Origin: Flavobacterium sp. UBA6135
GTDB taxonomy: Bacteria; Bacteroidota; Bacteroidia; Flavobacteriales; Flavobacteriaceae
DNA: 64,000 nt
NCBI RefSeq assembly: GCF_002428305.1
Contig: NZ_DIVJ01000023.1
Location: 108,489 to 172,488, forward strand
Direction of reading: 5' to 3'
Positions 9,436 to 20,300 of this stretch are shown here, in pieces. Positions within the stretch are counted from its first letter, which is position 1, and the number at the start of each line of letters is the position of its first letter. Below the pieces are notes generated by a model, which was given only the letters and a program-made list of their open reading frames with translations, was not told the DNA's origin and made no database searches. Position numbers and translations under genes: made by a program.

Positions 9436-11298
9436 ATGAAAAAAATTTCATTACTACTGTTTTGTCTCGCATTTTCATTTTTATCCGCTCAAGTCAATCG
9501 AATTGAACCCACAAACTGGTGGACAGGATTCAAAAATGAAAATCTGCAATTGCTCGTGCATCATCCAAACATCGGAAATGCCACTCCAAAAATTTCCTAC
9601 GATGGTGTTTCAATTATCAAAGTTCACAAAGCTAAAAGTCTGAACTACTTATTTATCGATTTAAAAATTGATAAATCCACTAAACCCGGAAAATTCAATA
9701 TCATTTTTGAATCGGAAAAAGGAAAAAAAATCACACAATCGTACGAATTAAAACCGAAATCTAAACCTTCAGTAGATTTTATCGGTTTCAATAGTTCTGA
9801 TGCCATTTACCTCATCACGCCAGACCGTTTTGCCAACGGAAATGAAGCGAATGATGTTGTGAAAACTATGCAAGAAACTACATTAGACAGAACCCACGAT
9901 TACAAACGTCACGGTGGTGATATTCAAGGAATTACAAATCATATTGATTATATTAAAAATTTAGGATTTACTGCTATTTGGCCAACTCCGGTTTTGACGA
10001 ATGATATGAAAAGTGGTTCGTACCACGGCTATGCAATGACCGATTTTTATCAAGTAGATCCTCGATTCGGAACCTTAGCGGATTACAAAAATCTATCCAA
10101 AAAATTGCATCAAAATGGTATGAAACTCATTATGGATCAAGTTGCGAATCATTGCGGTAGCGAACATTGGTGGATGAAAGATTTACCATTTGGCGATTGG
10201 GTTAATTATCAGGAATTATTTGAAAAAGAAAAAAAATACGTCACTTCCAATCACCGAAGAACAAGCAATCAAGATTTGTATGCTTCCGAAAAAGACAAAA
10301 AAGAAATGGCCGATGGTTGGTTTGTTCCAACCATGCCCGATTTGAATCAACGCAATCCTTTTTTAGCAAAATACATCATTCAAAACAGCATTTGGTGGAT
10401 TGAAACCTTGCATTTAGGAGGAATTCGTCAAGACACTTATCCTTACCCTGACAAAGTTTTTATGTCAAATTGGGCTGGCGAAATCATGAATGAATATCCC
10501 AATTTTAATATTGTTGGCGAAGAATGGAGTTCGAATCCGTTGCTGATTGGTTATTGGCAAAAAGGTGCAAATAATAAAGACGGTTATGAATCGAACTTGC
10601 GTTCGACGATGGATTTTGCCATGCAAACCCTCATTCCGCAAGCCATCAAAGAAACAGAAAGTTGGGACAAAGGTTTGGCGAAAATTTACGATGGTTTAGC
10701 CAACGATTTTCATTATGCTTCGCCAAAAGACATTATGATTTTTCCGGATAATCACGATATGGATCGCATTTTTACACAAATGGAGGAAAATGTTGAAAAT
10801 ACTAAAATGGCTTTGGCAACCTATTTGGTTTTACCAAGAATTCCACAGTTGTATTATGGAACAGAAATCCTAATGCAAAACACTGCCAAACCAGGTGATC
10901 ACGGCTTAATTAGAACTGATTTTCCCGGTGGATGGAAAGGTGATAAAGTAAATGCTTTTATAGGCGAAGGACTTTCTGCTGAACAAAAAGATATGCAAAG
11001 CTATTTGACTAAAATTTTAAATTACCGAAAAGACAGCAAAGCCATACACGACGGTAAAACCATTCATTTTGCTCCGAATAATGGCGTTTATACCTTATTT
11101 AGAATGTTGAATGATGAAATTGTTATTTTAATTTTAAATAAAAACGAATCCACAAAAGTTGATCTTTCCACCTATAAAGAATTAGGTTTTGAAGGTAAAA
11201 AAATGAAGAACATTGTAACCGGAGAAGAAATTATTTGGGATAAAGAATTGACTTTAAACAAAAAAGGAGCCTATCTTTTTACGACAAAAATGAATTAA
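9436..11298 (+). CDS. GH13 cyclomaltodextrinase/neopullulanase (SusA-like)
   Basis: Signal peptide; catalytic motifs GIRQDTY, VGEEW, DNHD. Confidence 0.9.
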   Translation: MKKISLLLFCLAFSFLSAQVNRIEPTNWWTGFKNENLQLLVHHPNIGNATPKISYDGVSIIKVHKAKSLNYLFIDLKIDKSTKPGKFNIIFESEKGKKITQSYELKPKSKPSVDFIGFNSSDAIYLITPDRFANGNEANDVVKTMQETTLDRTHDYKRHGGDIQGITNHIDYIKNLGFTAIWPTPVLTNDMKSGSYHGYAMTDFYQVDPRFGTLADYKNLSKKLHQNGMKLIMDQVANHCGSEHWWMKDLPFGDWVNYQELFEKEKKYVTSNHRRTSNQDLYASEKDKKEMADGWFVPTMPDLNQRNPFLAKYIIQNSIWWIETLHLGGIRQDTYPYPDKVFMSNWAGEIMNEYPNFNIVGEEWSSNPLLIGYWQKGANNKDGYESNLRSTMDFAMQTLIPQAIKETESWDKGLAKIYDGLANDFHYASPKDIMIFPDNHDMDRIFTQMEENVENTKMALATYLVLPRIPQLYYGTEILMQNTAKPGDHGLIRTDFPGGWKGDKVNAFIGEGLSAEQKDMQSYLTKILNYRKDSKAIHDGKTIHFAPNNGVYTLFRMLNDEIVILILNKNESTKVDLSTYKELGFEGKKMKNIVTGEEIIWDKELTLNKKGAYLFTTKMN

Positions 11299-11301
11299 AG
11301 A

Positions 11302-13701
11302 ATGAAAAAACTCTTTTTACTATTATTTCTTTCAACTATTGGATTTGCTCAAAATGCAAATCGGAAATACATTTCGCATCAATTAAATGAAAACGTTTTG
11401 GAAGTAAAAACTTCCGATGGCACGTATTTCATTCAATCTTATACTGATAAAATCATTGAAACTTCTTTCGTTCCAAACGGAGAAAAATTCAATCCAAATT
11501 CGCACGCTGTTGTTTTAAAACCAAATAGTAATGGTTTTGAATTTAAACAATCAACGGACTATTTAGAAATTAAAACCAATGATTTAGAAGTTCAAATTGT
11601 AAAATCACCTTTTAAAATTTCGTATTACAAAAAAGGTGAATTACTACTTTCTGAAAAATTAGGTTACTTCAAACGCAAACACGAACCCCTTGAAAAAGTG
11701 AAAGGAAATATCGTTTATGATTCCACTGAAGTAATTCAATTCAATATCAATTCAACCGAAAAACTATATGGTGGTGGAGCAAGAGTTTTAGGGATGAACC
11801 GTCGCGGCAACCGTCTAGCACTTTACAACAGAGCCGATTATGGTTATGAAACTCGTTCAGAATTGATGAATTTTACCATTCCAATAGTCATTTCTTCGCA
11901 AAAATATATGGTTCATTTTGACAATGCTCCCATAGGTTATTTGGATTTGGATAGTAAAAAAGAAAATGTTTTAGAATACGAAACCATTTCCGGCAGAAAA
12001 ACCTATCAAGTGATTGCGGGCGATTCGTGGGAAGATTTAATTTATAATTACACCGAATTAACCGGAAGACAACCGTTACCTCCTCGTTGGGCTTTGGGTA
12101 ATTTCTCCTCACGTTTTGGCTATCATTCTGAAGCGGAAGCCAGAAGAACTATCAAGAAATTTCAAGATGAAAATATTCCGGTAGATGCAATTATTTTAGA
12201 TTTGTATTGGTTTGGAAAAGAATTGCAAGGTACAATGGGGAATTTAGAAATATATCGCGACAGTTTCCCTACGTTTGAAAAAATGGTGGCAGACTTCAAT
12301 AAAATGGGTATCAAAACCATTCCGATTACAGAACCTTTTATTTTAACAACTTCCAAAAAATGGCAAGAAGCTGTGGATAAAAAAATCTTAGCTACCGACA
12401 CGAAAGGAAATCCTTTTACGTATGATTTTTATTTTGGAAACACCGGTATCATTGACATTTTTAAACCATCCGGTAAAAAATGGTTTTGGAACATTTACCA
12501 AGAACTAGCCAACAAAGGTGTGAGTGGTGTTTGGGGAGATTTAGGTGAACCCGAAGTTTTTCCGGCCGCTGCACAAACCTTTGGAGGAACTGCAGATGAA
12601 GTGCATAATATTTACGGACACAATTGGGCAAAATTGGTTTTTGAAGGTTATCGCAACGATTTTCCAACGCAAAGACCTTTTATTTTGATGCGTTCCGGCT
12701 ATTCGGGTTCGCAACGATATGGCATGATTCCGTGGAGTGGCGATGTGAATCGAACTTGGGGAGGATTATCAGGTCAAGTGGAGATTTCATTACAAATGGG
12801 AATGCAAGGTTTGGCCTATATGCATTCTGATTTAGGCGGATTTGCAGGAGCGAATTTAGATGACGAATTATATGTTCGTTGGCTTCAATATGGTGTTTTC
12901 AATCCGATATTTCGTCCGCACGCACAATCGGATGTGGCTTCGGAGCCGATTTTTAGAAGTGATTGGGCGAAAAATTTAGCGAAACAAGCGATTGAATTAC
13001 GTTATTCAATGCTTCCATACAATTATAGTTTGGCTTTTGAAAATTCGCAAACCGGTATTCCATTGATGCGTCCGCTGTTTTTTGAAGAACCGGAAAATGA
13101 AACACTATTGACTAAATCAGACGGTTATTTGTGGGGAAAAGATTATCTGGTTTATCCGATTATGGAAGCAAATCAGCAATCAAAAGAAGTATATTTTCCT
13201 AAAAATAGTAATTGGACGGAAACTAATTCCACAAAAAAATATAGTGGCGGTTCAACAGAAAAAATAAATGTTGTTACGTCTCACATTCCAACATTTGTAC
13301 GAAACGGTGTTTTGATTCCATGGACAAAAACAGTTCAAACCACTCAAAATTATGACAATTCCAACTTAAATTTTCAACTTTATTTTGATGAAAAAGTAAC
13401 ATCAAGCGAACGTCAATTCTATTTTGATGAAGGAAATAATTCATCTGAAAATAATCCAGAATTGCTTACTTGCGAAACAGAAATTTCCAAAGAAGTACTT
13501 TTGATTTCGATGGAAAGTAATTCATCAAAATCAAGTTCTAAATCTGGTTCCTATTTAATTTATCATATTAACAGCAAACCAAAATCTGTAAAAATAAATG
13601 ATAAAAAAATAAAATTTATTTACAATAAAGAGTATGATATCTTATTGTTTAATTATACCCATAACAGTAACAAAACAACTATAAAAATTAAATTAAAATG
13701 A
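11302..13701 (+). CDS. GH31 alpha-glucosidase
   Basis: WGDLGEPE nucleophile motif, WSGDV, HSDLGGF; signal peptide. Confidence 0.9.
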   Translation: MKKLFLLLFLSTIGFAQNANRKYISHQLNENVLEVKTSDGTYFIQSYTDKIIETSFVPNGEKFNPNSHAVVLKPNSNGFEFKQSTDYLEIKTNDLEVQIVKSPFKISYYKKGELLLSEKLGYFKRKHEPLEKVKGNIVYDSTEVIQFNINSTEKLYGGGARVLGMNRRGNRLALYNRADYGYETRSELMNFTIPIVISSQKYMVHFDNAPIGYLDLDSKKENVLEYETISGRKTYQVIAGDSWEDLIYNYTELTGRQPLPPRWALGNFSSRFGYHSEAEARRTIKKFQDENIPVDAIILDLYWFGKELQGTMGNLEIYRDSFPTFEKMVADFNKMGIKTIPITEPFILTTSKKWQEAVDKKILATDTKGNPFTYDFYFGNTGIIDIFKPSGKKWFWNIYQELANKGVSGVWGDLGEPEVFPAAAQTFGGTADEVHNIYGHNWAKLVFEGYRNDFPTQRPFILMRSGYSGSQRYGMIPWSGDVNRTWGGLSGQVEISLQMGMQGLAYMHSDLGGFAGANLDDELYVRWLQYGVFNPIFRPHAQSDVASEPIFRSDWAKNLAKQAIELRYSMLPYNYSLAFENSQTGIPLMRPLFFEEPENETLLTKSDGYLWGKDYLVYPIMEANQQSKEVYFPKNSNWTETNSTKKYSGGSTEKINVVTSHIPTFVRNGVLIPWTKTVQTTQNYDNSNLNFQLYFDEKVTSSERQFYFDEGNNSSENNPELLTCETEISKEVLLISMESNSSKSSSKSGSYLIYHINSKPKSVKINDKKIKFIYNKEYDILLFNYTHNSNKTTIKIKLK

Positions 13702-15347
13702 AACAATTCTTTTCCACATTAATCTTATGTTGTATGATTGTAGGATGTTCACCAAAAAAAGAAACCGTTCAAGTAGAAACACCTTTTGTTTGGGAAGGTG
13801 CCAATTTGTACTTCCTACTTATAGACCGATTTAACAACGGAAATCCTGAAAATGACTCAATCATTCGAAGAGATAAAGAAACCGGCGTTCTCCGTAATTT
13901 TATGGGTGGCGATATCAAAGGAGTTACGCAAAAAATTGAAGAAGGTTATTTTACCGATTTGGGAATTAATGCCATTTGGATGACACCTGTCGTAGAACAA
14001 ATTCACGGATCAGTGGATGAAGGAACCGGAAATTCGTATGGTTTCCACGGTTATTGGACCAAAGATTGGACAGCGATCGACCCAAGTTTTGGATCAAAAG
14101 ATGACTTGAAAGAATTAGTTGAAAAAGCTCACGCCAAAGGAATCAGAATTGTATTGGATGCAGTAATTAATCATACTGGACCAGTTACTGAATTAGATCC
14201 CGTTTGGCCGGAAAGTTGGGTGCGAACCGGTCCAAAATGTTCGTATGATACCTATAAAAATTACATTGATTGTACGTTGGTAGAAAACCTTCCGGACATT
14301 AAAACTGAAAGCAATGAAGATGTCGAATTGCCACCGGCTTTGATAGAAAAATGGAAAAAAGAAGGCCGTTACGATCAAGAAGTAGCCGAGTTAGATGAAT
14401 TTTTCAAAAGAACAGGTTATCCAAGAGCACCGAAATACTACATTATGAAATGGTTGTCCGATTACATCACCGATTATGGAATTGATGGTTATCGGGTAGA
14501 TACCGTGAAACATACCACCGAAGATGTTTGGGCTGATTTTGAAAAAGTGTGTAAAGACGCTTTTGCACAATACAAAAAAAACAATCCTGATAAGGTTTTA
14601 GATGATAATGATTTTTACCTACTTGGTGAAGTCTATGGTTATGGATTAAACGGCAAACGCAACTATGATTTTGGCGACAAAAAAGTAGATTATTTTGCTC
14701 ACGGATTTGACAACCTCATCAATTTTGATTTTAAAGGTGATGCCAATAAAAGGTATGAAGAAATTTTTTCAAACTATTCAAACGCCTTACAATCTGATTT
14801 AAAAGGAGTAAGCATCACTAATTATGTAAGTTCTCACGACGACGGTTGGCCGTTTGATAAAAAAAGAGAAAAAGCCTTTGATGCAGGAACTAAATTATTA
14901 TTAACACCCGGAATTTCGCAAGTGTATTATGGTGATGAAACCGCTCGTTCATTAGAAATTGAAGGAACCGAAGGCGATGCAACCTTACGTTCGTTTATGA
15001 ACTGGGAAGACATCAAAACCAATGCAAACACTAAAAACGTATTGACGCATTTTCAAAAAATAGGTCAGTTTAGAAAAAACCATCCTGCGGTTGGAGCGGG
15101 AGTTCATGAAGAAATTTCGAAAGCACCTTTTTATACATTTAGCAGAACTTTTACCAAAGGTGAATTTACCGATAAAGTGGTGATTGGTTTGGAATTACCG
15201 TTTGGTAAAAAAGAAATCAATGTCTCAACCATTTTTGAAGATGGCACAGAAGTTCACGATGCTTTTTCCGGTATTTCAACTAATGTAAAAGATGGAAAAG
15301 TGATAATTGATAGTCAGATGGGAATTGTTTTGTTGGAGAAGAAATAA
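13698..15347 (+). CDS. GH13 alpha-amylase lipoprotein
   Basis: Lipobox IVGC; GYRVDTVKH, LGEVY, SSHDD motifs. Confidence 0.9.
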   Translation: MKQFFSTLILCCMIVGCSPKKETVQVETPFVWEGANLYFLLIDRFNNGNPENDSIIRRDKETGVLRNFMGGDIKGVTQKIEEGYFTDLGINAIWMTPVVEQIHGSVDEGTGNSYGFHGYWTKDWTAIDPSFGSKDDLKELVEKAHAKGIRIVLDAVINHTGPVTELDPVWPESWVRTGPKCSYDTYKNYIDCTLVENLPDIKTESNEDVELPPALIEKWKKEGRYDQEVAELDEFFKRTGYPRAPKYYIMKWLSDYITDYGIDGYRVDTVKHTTEDVWADFEKVCKDAFAQYKKNNPDKVLDDNDFYLLGEVYGYGLNGKRNYDFGDKKVDYFAHGFDNLINFDFKGDANKRYEEIFSNYSNALQSDLKGVSITNYVSSHDDGWPFDKKREKAFDAGTKLLLTPGISQVYYGDETARSLEIEGTEGDATLRSFMNWEDIKTNANTKNVLTHFQKIGQFRKNHPAVGAGVHEEISKAPFYTFSRTFTKGEFTDKVVIGLELPFGKKEINVSTIFEDGTEVHDAFSGISTNVKDGKVIIDSQMGIVLLEKK

Positions 15348-15370
15348 GAGTTGATTAAATTATAAATAAT

Positions 15371-15398
15371 AAAGCCTATCAAAAAAATGATAGGCTTT
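15371..15398. terminator. Bidirectional intrinsic terminator
   Basis: AAAGCCTATCA-loop-TGATAGGCTTT between convergent genes. Confidence 0.8.
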
Positions 15399-15402
15399 AC
15401 TT

Positions 15403-15702
15403 TTATAAAAATGTTAATCCAATTCTTCTATTGAGACCGACTTCAAAAATTCGGATTAAAGTAGAAAGTTGAATATTGCCTCTACCATTTTCCAATCTTG
15501 AAATATAACTTTTTTTTGTTCCAGTTTTTTCTGCTAATTGTTCTTGAGTAAGATTTGCATCTTTTCTTGCTTCTTTAAGCATTTCACTAATGATAAACAT
15601 CTGTGAATTTTCTTCATATTGGTTTCTGGTTTCAGTTCCAATTTTTCCGTGTTCTGCTTCAATTAGTTCATCGAAAGATTTTATGTTTTCGTACTTTTTC
15701 AT
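15403..15702 (-). CDS. XRE/HTH antitoxin (HigA-like)
   Basis: LTQEQLAEKTGTKKSYISRLENG HTH; downstream of a RelE-like gene. Confidence 0.85.
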   Translation of the reverse strand: MKKYENIKSFDELIEAEHGKIGTETRNQYEENSQMFIISEMLKEARKDANLTQEQLAEKTGTKKSYISRLENGRGNIQLSTLIRIFEVGLNRRIGLTFL

Positions 15703-15704
15703 TT

Positions 15705-16043
15705 TTATTCTTTTTTCTGTTGAAAATATTCGTTCATTAATTTCAATGCCTTTTCAATTTCTCCTTTTGGTGTCTTTTGATCTTTTTTCTGAAAACCGTT
15801 GAATAAAATTACCAACTTACCTTCATCAAAACAACAAAATATCCTGTAAATGTTAGACTGATATTCTATTCTAATTTCATAAAGACCATCTGTTCCGGTT
15901 AAATGTTTTAAGAATTTTTCTGGAACTCTTTCCACTTGCTTAACTAATTCAAGTACATATTGTATTTTAACTTTTACCTTTTCATCTTGCTGTTGGTAAA
16001 AGTCAATAAAATGGTGTTTATGAAAGATAATTTTTCTTTGCAT
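15705..16043 (-). CDS. RelE/ParE-family toxin (HigB/Gp49-like); ATG 16043 preferred to GTG 16046
   Basis: GLYEIRI...YRIFCCF...LFNGFQKK..KTP; toxin-first gene order. Confidence 0.85.
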   Translation of the reverse strand: MQRKIIFHKHHFIDFYQQQDEKVKVKIQYVLELVKQVERVPEKFLKHLTGTDGLYEIRIEYQSNIYRIFCCFDEGKLVILFNGFQKKDQKTPKGEIEKALKLMNEYFQQKKE

Positions 16044-16047
16044 CACG

Positions 16048-16069
16048 CAAAGTTATCTTAAAAGTTAAC
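16048..16069 (-). promoter_or_regulatory. -7 promoter overlapped by an imperfect palindromic operator (toxin-antitoxin autoregulation)
   Basis: TAACTTTG at 16048-16055 (minus strand); GTTATCTTAAAAGTTAAC at 16052-16069 is 14/18 palindromic. Confidence 0.6.
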
Positions 16070-16233
16070 ATATTACAAATTTATTTTAATTTTTATTGGA
16101 AAGCAAATAGAATCAATGTTTCCACAAATTTTATTATTTTAGTCAAGTTTATATCCCGCAAAATCGGAAACGTTTGCATAAAATTTTTCAGTTAATAAAA
16201 ATTTAAATAGAATCAGGAATTAAAAAAATAATT

Positions 16234-16788
16234 ATGAAAAATTTAATGATGTATTTATATTTTTTCTTTCTATTGGGATGCGGTGGTTCCGATATAGATA
16301 AAAAGACAAATGAAAACATTAATAATATAGTTGAAAACGAAAGGGTCATCATGACTTTTGAGATTTATAAAAATGACATGAAATTCATGAGTGAAAAGTA
16401 TAACATTGAATATAATAAAACAGAGATTGAAGATGTTACAAAAATTAAGCTTTTTTATGAAATGTGTGTAAATGACATTCATTTAGAACTAAAAAACAGT
16501 TTAATTTTAAAAGAAAGAGAAAAGGTTTTGTCAAAATGGATAGATAATAGAAATTATAACCCCAAGTTCCATTTTGTATTTGAAAACGAAAAAGAAATTT
16601 TTCCTAGTTTAAGTTTTTTTAAAGCAATGGATTTTTATAAAAGTGATGATTTAAGGATTTACTTAAATGCATTTAAAAAAGAAATTATTAAAATGTATGA
16701 ATCAGGACAAAATCCTTCTATTATTCCTTGCTTAGAAAATGAAGGTTATTCAAATTGGAAAATTTGGGAAACAGATTCTTTTAGATGA
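16234..16788 (+). CDS. Hypothetical lipoprotein
   Basis: Lipobox LLGC; very AT-rich; family not recognised. Confidence 0.7.
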   Translation: MKNLMMYLYFFFLLGCGGSDIDKKTNENINNIVENERVIMTFEIYKNDMKFMSEKYNIEYNKTEIEDVTKIKLFYEMCVNDIHLELKNSLILKEREKVLSKWIDNRNYNPKFHFVFENEKEIFPSLSFFKAMDFYKSDDLRIYLNAFKKEIIKMYESGQNPSIIPCLENEGYSNWKIWETDSFR

Positions 16789-16835
16789 GATTCGAATAAA
16801 GTGATGTTGAATAGATATATTGCAGAGAAAATTAC

Positions 16836-17219
16836 ATGAAAAAAAAATTATTTTTACTAACAATGTTTCTTTTATTTAGTTGTAATCAAAAAAAAATGAA
16901 TCCAACCAATAAACGGTTATTGACTTTTAAATCAAGCTATTTGGCAGAAAGTGATGGTGAAAAATATGATTCAATTTTAAAGAAAAAAAAACTAAATAAA
17001 CTTGAAATCAACTATCTCAATGATATCATTTATGCGAGTTATATAACAGAAGTAAATGCATGTAGCGGTAGTAATGGAAATATCGAAATAAAAAATGATA
17101 CTATTATTTTAAAAACATTTTCAAATTCTAATGAAGTTTGTACTTCAACTATCTTGGTCAGGAATACCTATATAATCAACAACTTTAAAGAAGAAAAATA
17201 TATCATCATTTTAGAATAA
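16836..17219 (+). CDS. Hypothetical lipoprotein
   Basis: MKKK...LFSC lipobox; two further Cys residues. Confidence 0.7.
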   Translation: MKKKLFLLTMFLLFSCNQKKMNPTNKRLLTFKSSYLAESDGEKYDSILKKKKLNKLEINYLNDIIYASYITEVNACSGSNGNIEIKNDTIILKTFSNSNEVCTSTILVRNTYIINNFKEEKYIIILE

Positions 17220-17237
17220 ATACTTTTTTAAACCTTT

Positions 17238-17274
17238 CAAGCGTTTATGAACATATAAAGTTTATAAACGCTTG
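17238..17274 (+). terminator. Intrinsic terminator-like hairpin
   Basis: CAAGCGTTTATGAAC/GTTTATAAACGCTTG 15-bp stem followed by TTTATTT. Confidence 0.7.
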
Positions 17275-17341
17275 TTTATTTGTACATGAATCAAACGGCA
17301 TTATTCCTATATTTGAAAACCTCAAAAAAAGATTTCACTTC

Positions 17342-20300
17342 ATGAAAGTAATACAAAATAAAATGACTTCAAGAACGGTTAGGCAGTTCATTCTATTTTT
17401 ACTTTTCGTTGGTTTGATTACAAGTTGCACCAGTTACAAAACCCAAATGGGAAGCCAAGCAACCTCTTTTTTTAATAACCAATCACTTGACACCACTTCC
17501 ATTGTATATTCCGTTTTTCTGACCGGGAATGCAGCAAATACATTAAACGATGGAGCCAGTCCGATGCTTACTAATTTTAAAAAAAGGTTGGAAGCCGCTT
17601 CAACAAAGAGTAGTCTTCTTTTTTTAGGAGATAACATTTTTCCGCTAGATGGTTTTGGTGAAAATCGTAGGTTAGCTGAAGAAAAAATCACCAAACAACT
17701 CGATTTAACCGAAAAATTTAAAGGAAATGTGTACTTCATTCCCGGTGAAAAAGATTGGGGAAATGGCGTGGTGAATTTAACTGCTCAAGAAAATTTTATA
17801 AATAATTACAAGAAAAAAACCAGTCAACTTATCCCAAAAAACGCATGTGGTATTGCTTTTATATCATTAAGTAATGACGTTGAATTAGTGGCCATCAACT
17901 CCCAATGGTTTATGGAAGATTGGGACAAACACACCGAAATCAACAGCGGTTGCCCCATCAAAACCAGAGAGCAATTTTTTGAAGAATTGGATGATTTTTT
18001 ACAACAAAATCCACAAAAAACCATTCTTTTAGCCACACACCATCCGTTAATGAGTAACGGCATTTATGGTGGTCATTATTCTTTACAGCAACAAATTTTT
18101 CCACTAGAAAAAAACATTCCGTTGCCTGTTGTTGGAAGTTTTTACAACCTTTTTAGAAAAGCCAGTGGTACCAATCCGCAAGATTTACAAAACATAAACT
18201 ACAAAGAAATGAATGACCGAATGAAATCGATTGTTCAAAAATATCAAAATGTAATAGTAGTTTCGGGACACGAGCAAAATTTACAATACATCAATAAAGA
18301 TGGTATTCAGCAAATAATTAGCGGTTCCGGTGCTCATTTTACCGAAGCGAGAGCGGTTAATCCAAAAGATTTTAGTTACGGCGGAAATGGTTATGCTGTT
18401 GTTGACATTTATGCTAACGGAGCTTCAACAGTTTCTTATTACACCACTTCCAATCGAAAAGAAGTGTTGCTTTTCAAACAAAAAATCAGCGAACCCGAAT
18501 CGGAGGAACAACATCGCAATTATCCTAAACAATTTGACAGTGAAATCAAGCGATCTGTTTTTGGAAAATCGGTCAGCAGAAAAAGTGATGTCTATCAATT
18601 TCTTTGGGGAAAACATTATAAAAAGTATTACAAACAAAACATTGCTATTCAAACCGCTACACTAGACACGTTGTTTGGCGGATTAAAACCTCTAGGGTTG
18701 GACACAGAACATGCCACAAATTCTCTTTTGCTTGTTGATAAAAACGGTAAAGAATTTGTCATGACACCACTTGAAAAAGATGCCAATTCCTTTTTTAAAT
18801 CCATCGCCTATAAAAATGACACTTCAAAAAATCAAGCAACAAATGCCTTATCCGAAGATTTTTTGAGAGATTATTTCACCACTATTCATCCGTTTACACC
18901 CTTGGTAATTCCAACCTTGTCTAAAGCTATTCAAGTAAGTGCTTCGCAACCCGGTTTGTATTATATTCCGAATCAAAACCTCCTTGGAAAATACAATACG
19001 GATTTTGGAGGAGCATTGTATTATGTTTCACCCAAAACAAATGCCACCCAAAAAAGTAACCCGAACTTTGGCAAACCAACTTCAATTATTGATACCGACG
19101 AAATGTTGCATTTGATTCGAACCAACAAAAATCACAAGCTGGATAAGGAAAATTATATCAGAGCCCGACTTTTAGACATGCTTATTGGCGATTGGGACAG
19201 ACAAGCTAAAAACTGGCGTTGGGGTGTTTATCAAGAAAACAACAACGTGATATACCGCCCAATTCCAATCAATCGTGATCAGGCTTTTGCCAAATATGAC
19301 GGAGCGTTTATACGATTATTAAAAACTATTCCGGCTATGGGACAGATGCATTCGTATTCCTACAATCATTCCAATCCAAAAAAATTTAACGAACAAGCCT
19401 ATGCGTTAGATTTGGCTTTGCTTTCGTCTGTAGATGAGAAATTATGGGTGGAACAGGCCAAATTTATACAAGAAAACTTGACCAATAACATCATCAACAA
19501 AGCCTTTTTGAAATTGCCCTATGAATTGCAGGATGAAACCACTACCAAATTAAAGCTCAACTTGCGAAACCGAATAAAAAAATTGCCGCAAACCGCTCAA
19601 CACTATCAGAAGATTTTAGATAAAAAAGTGTTGGTTGTGGGAACGATGGAAAATGATGTATTTGTCATCAACCGATTATCGGGCGGAAGAACCACTGTTG
19701 TGGTGTATAACGGAAAAAAAATACCTGCCAATATTATTTTTGAACGCACGTTTTATAAAAATCAAACCAAAGAAATTTGGCTTTTTGGTTTAGAAGGCAA
19801 AGATGAATTTAGCATGGAAGGAAACGAATCTAAAGCCATAAAAATAAGATTGATAGGCGGATTAAGTCAGGATTCTTATTTGGTTGAAGACGGCAAGAAA
19901 GTCAAAATTCACGATTTTACTTCTAATGCTTCTACAATTTTAGCAGATGGCAAAACAACTGTTTTACTTTCAAACAATTACGAAACAAACACCTATAACT
20001 ACAAACGTCCAAAATTCAACACTTTTTCGGTGGTGCCTTTACTTGGTTTCAATCCGGATGATGGCATTAGAACAGGTTTGGGATTTGACTTTACACAAAA
20101 AGGGTTTTTGGGCAACCCCTATTCCCAAAAACACCGCTTGCAAACCAATTACTATTTTGCCACACAAGGTTATGATTTAGCATATAGTGGATTGGTTAAA
20201 AAAGCTTTTGGCGACTATGATTTTGTGATAGATGCTTCAGCAACAAGTTCTAATTTTGTTATGAATTTCTTTGGCTTTGGAAACGAAACAAGTAATGATA

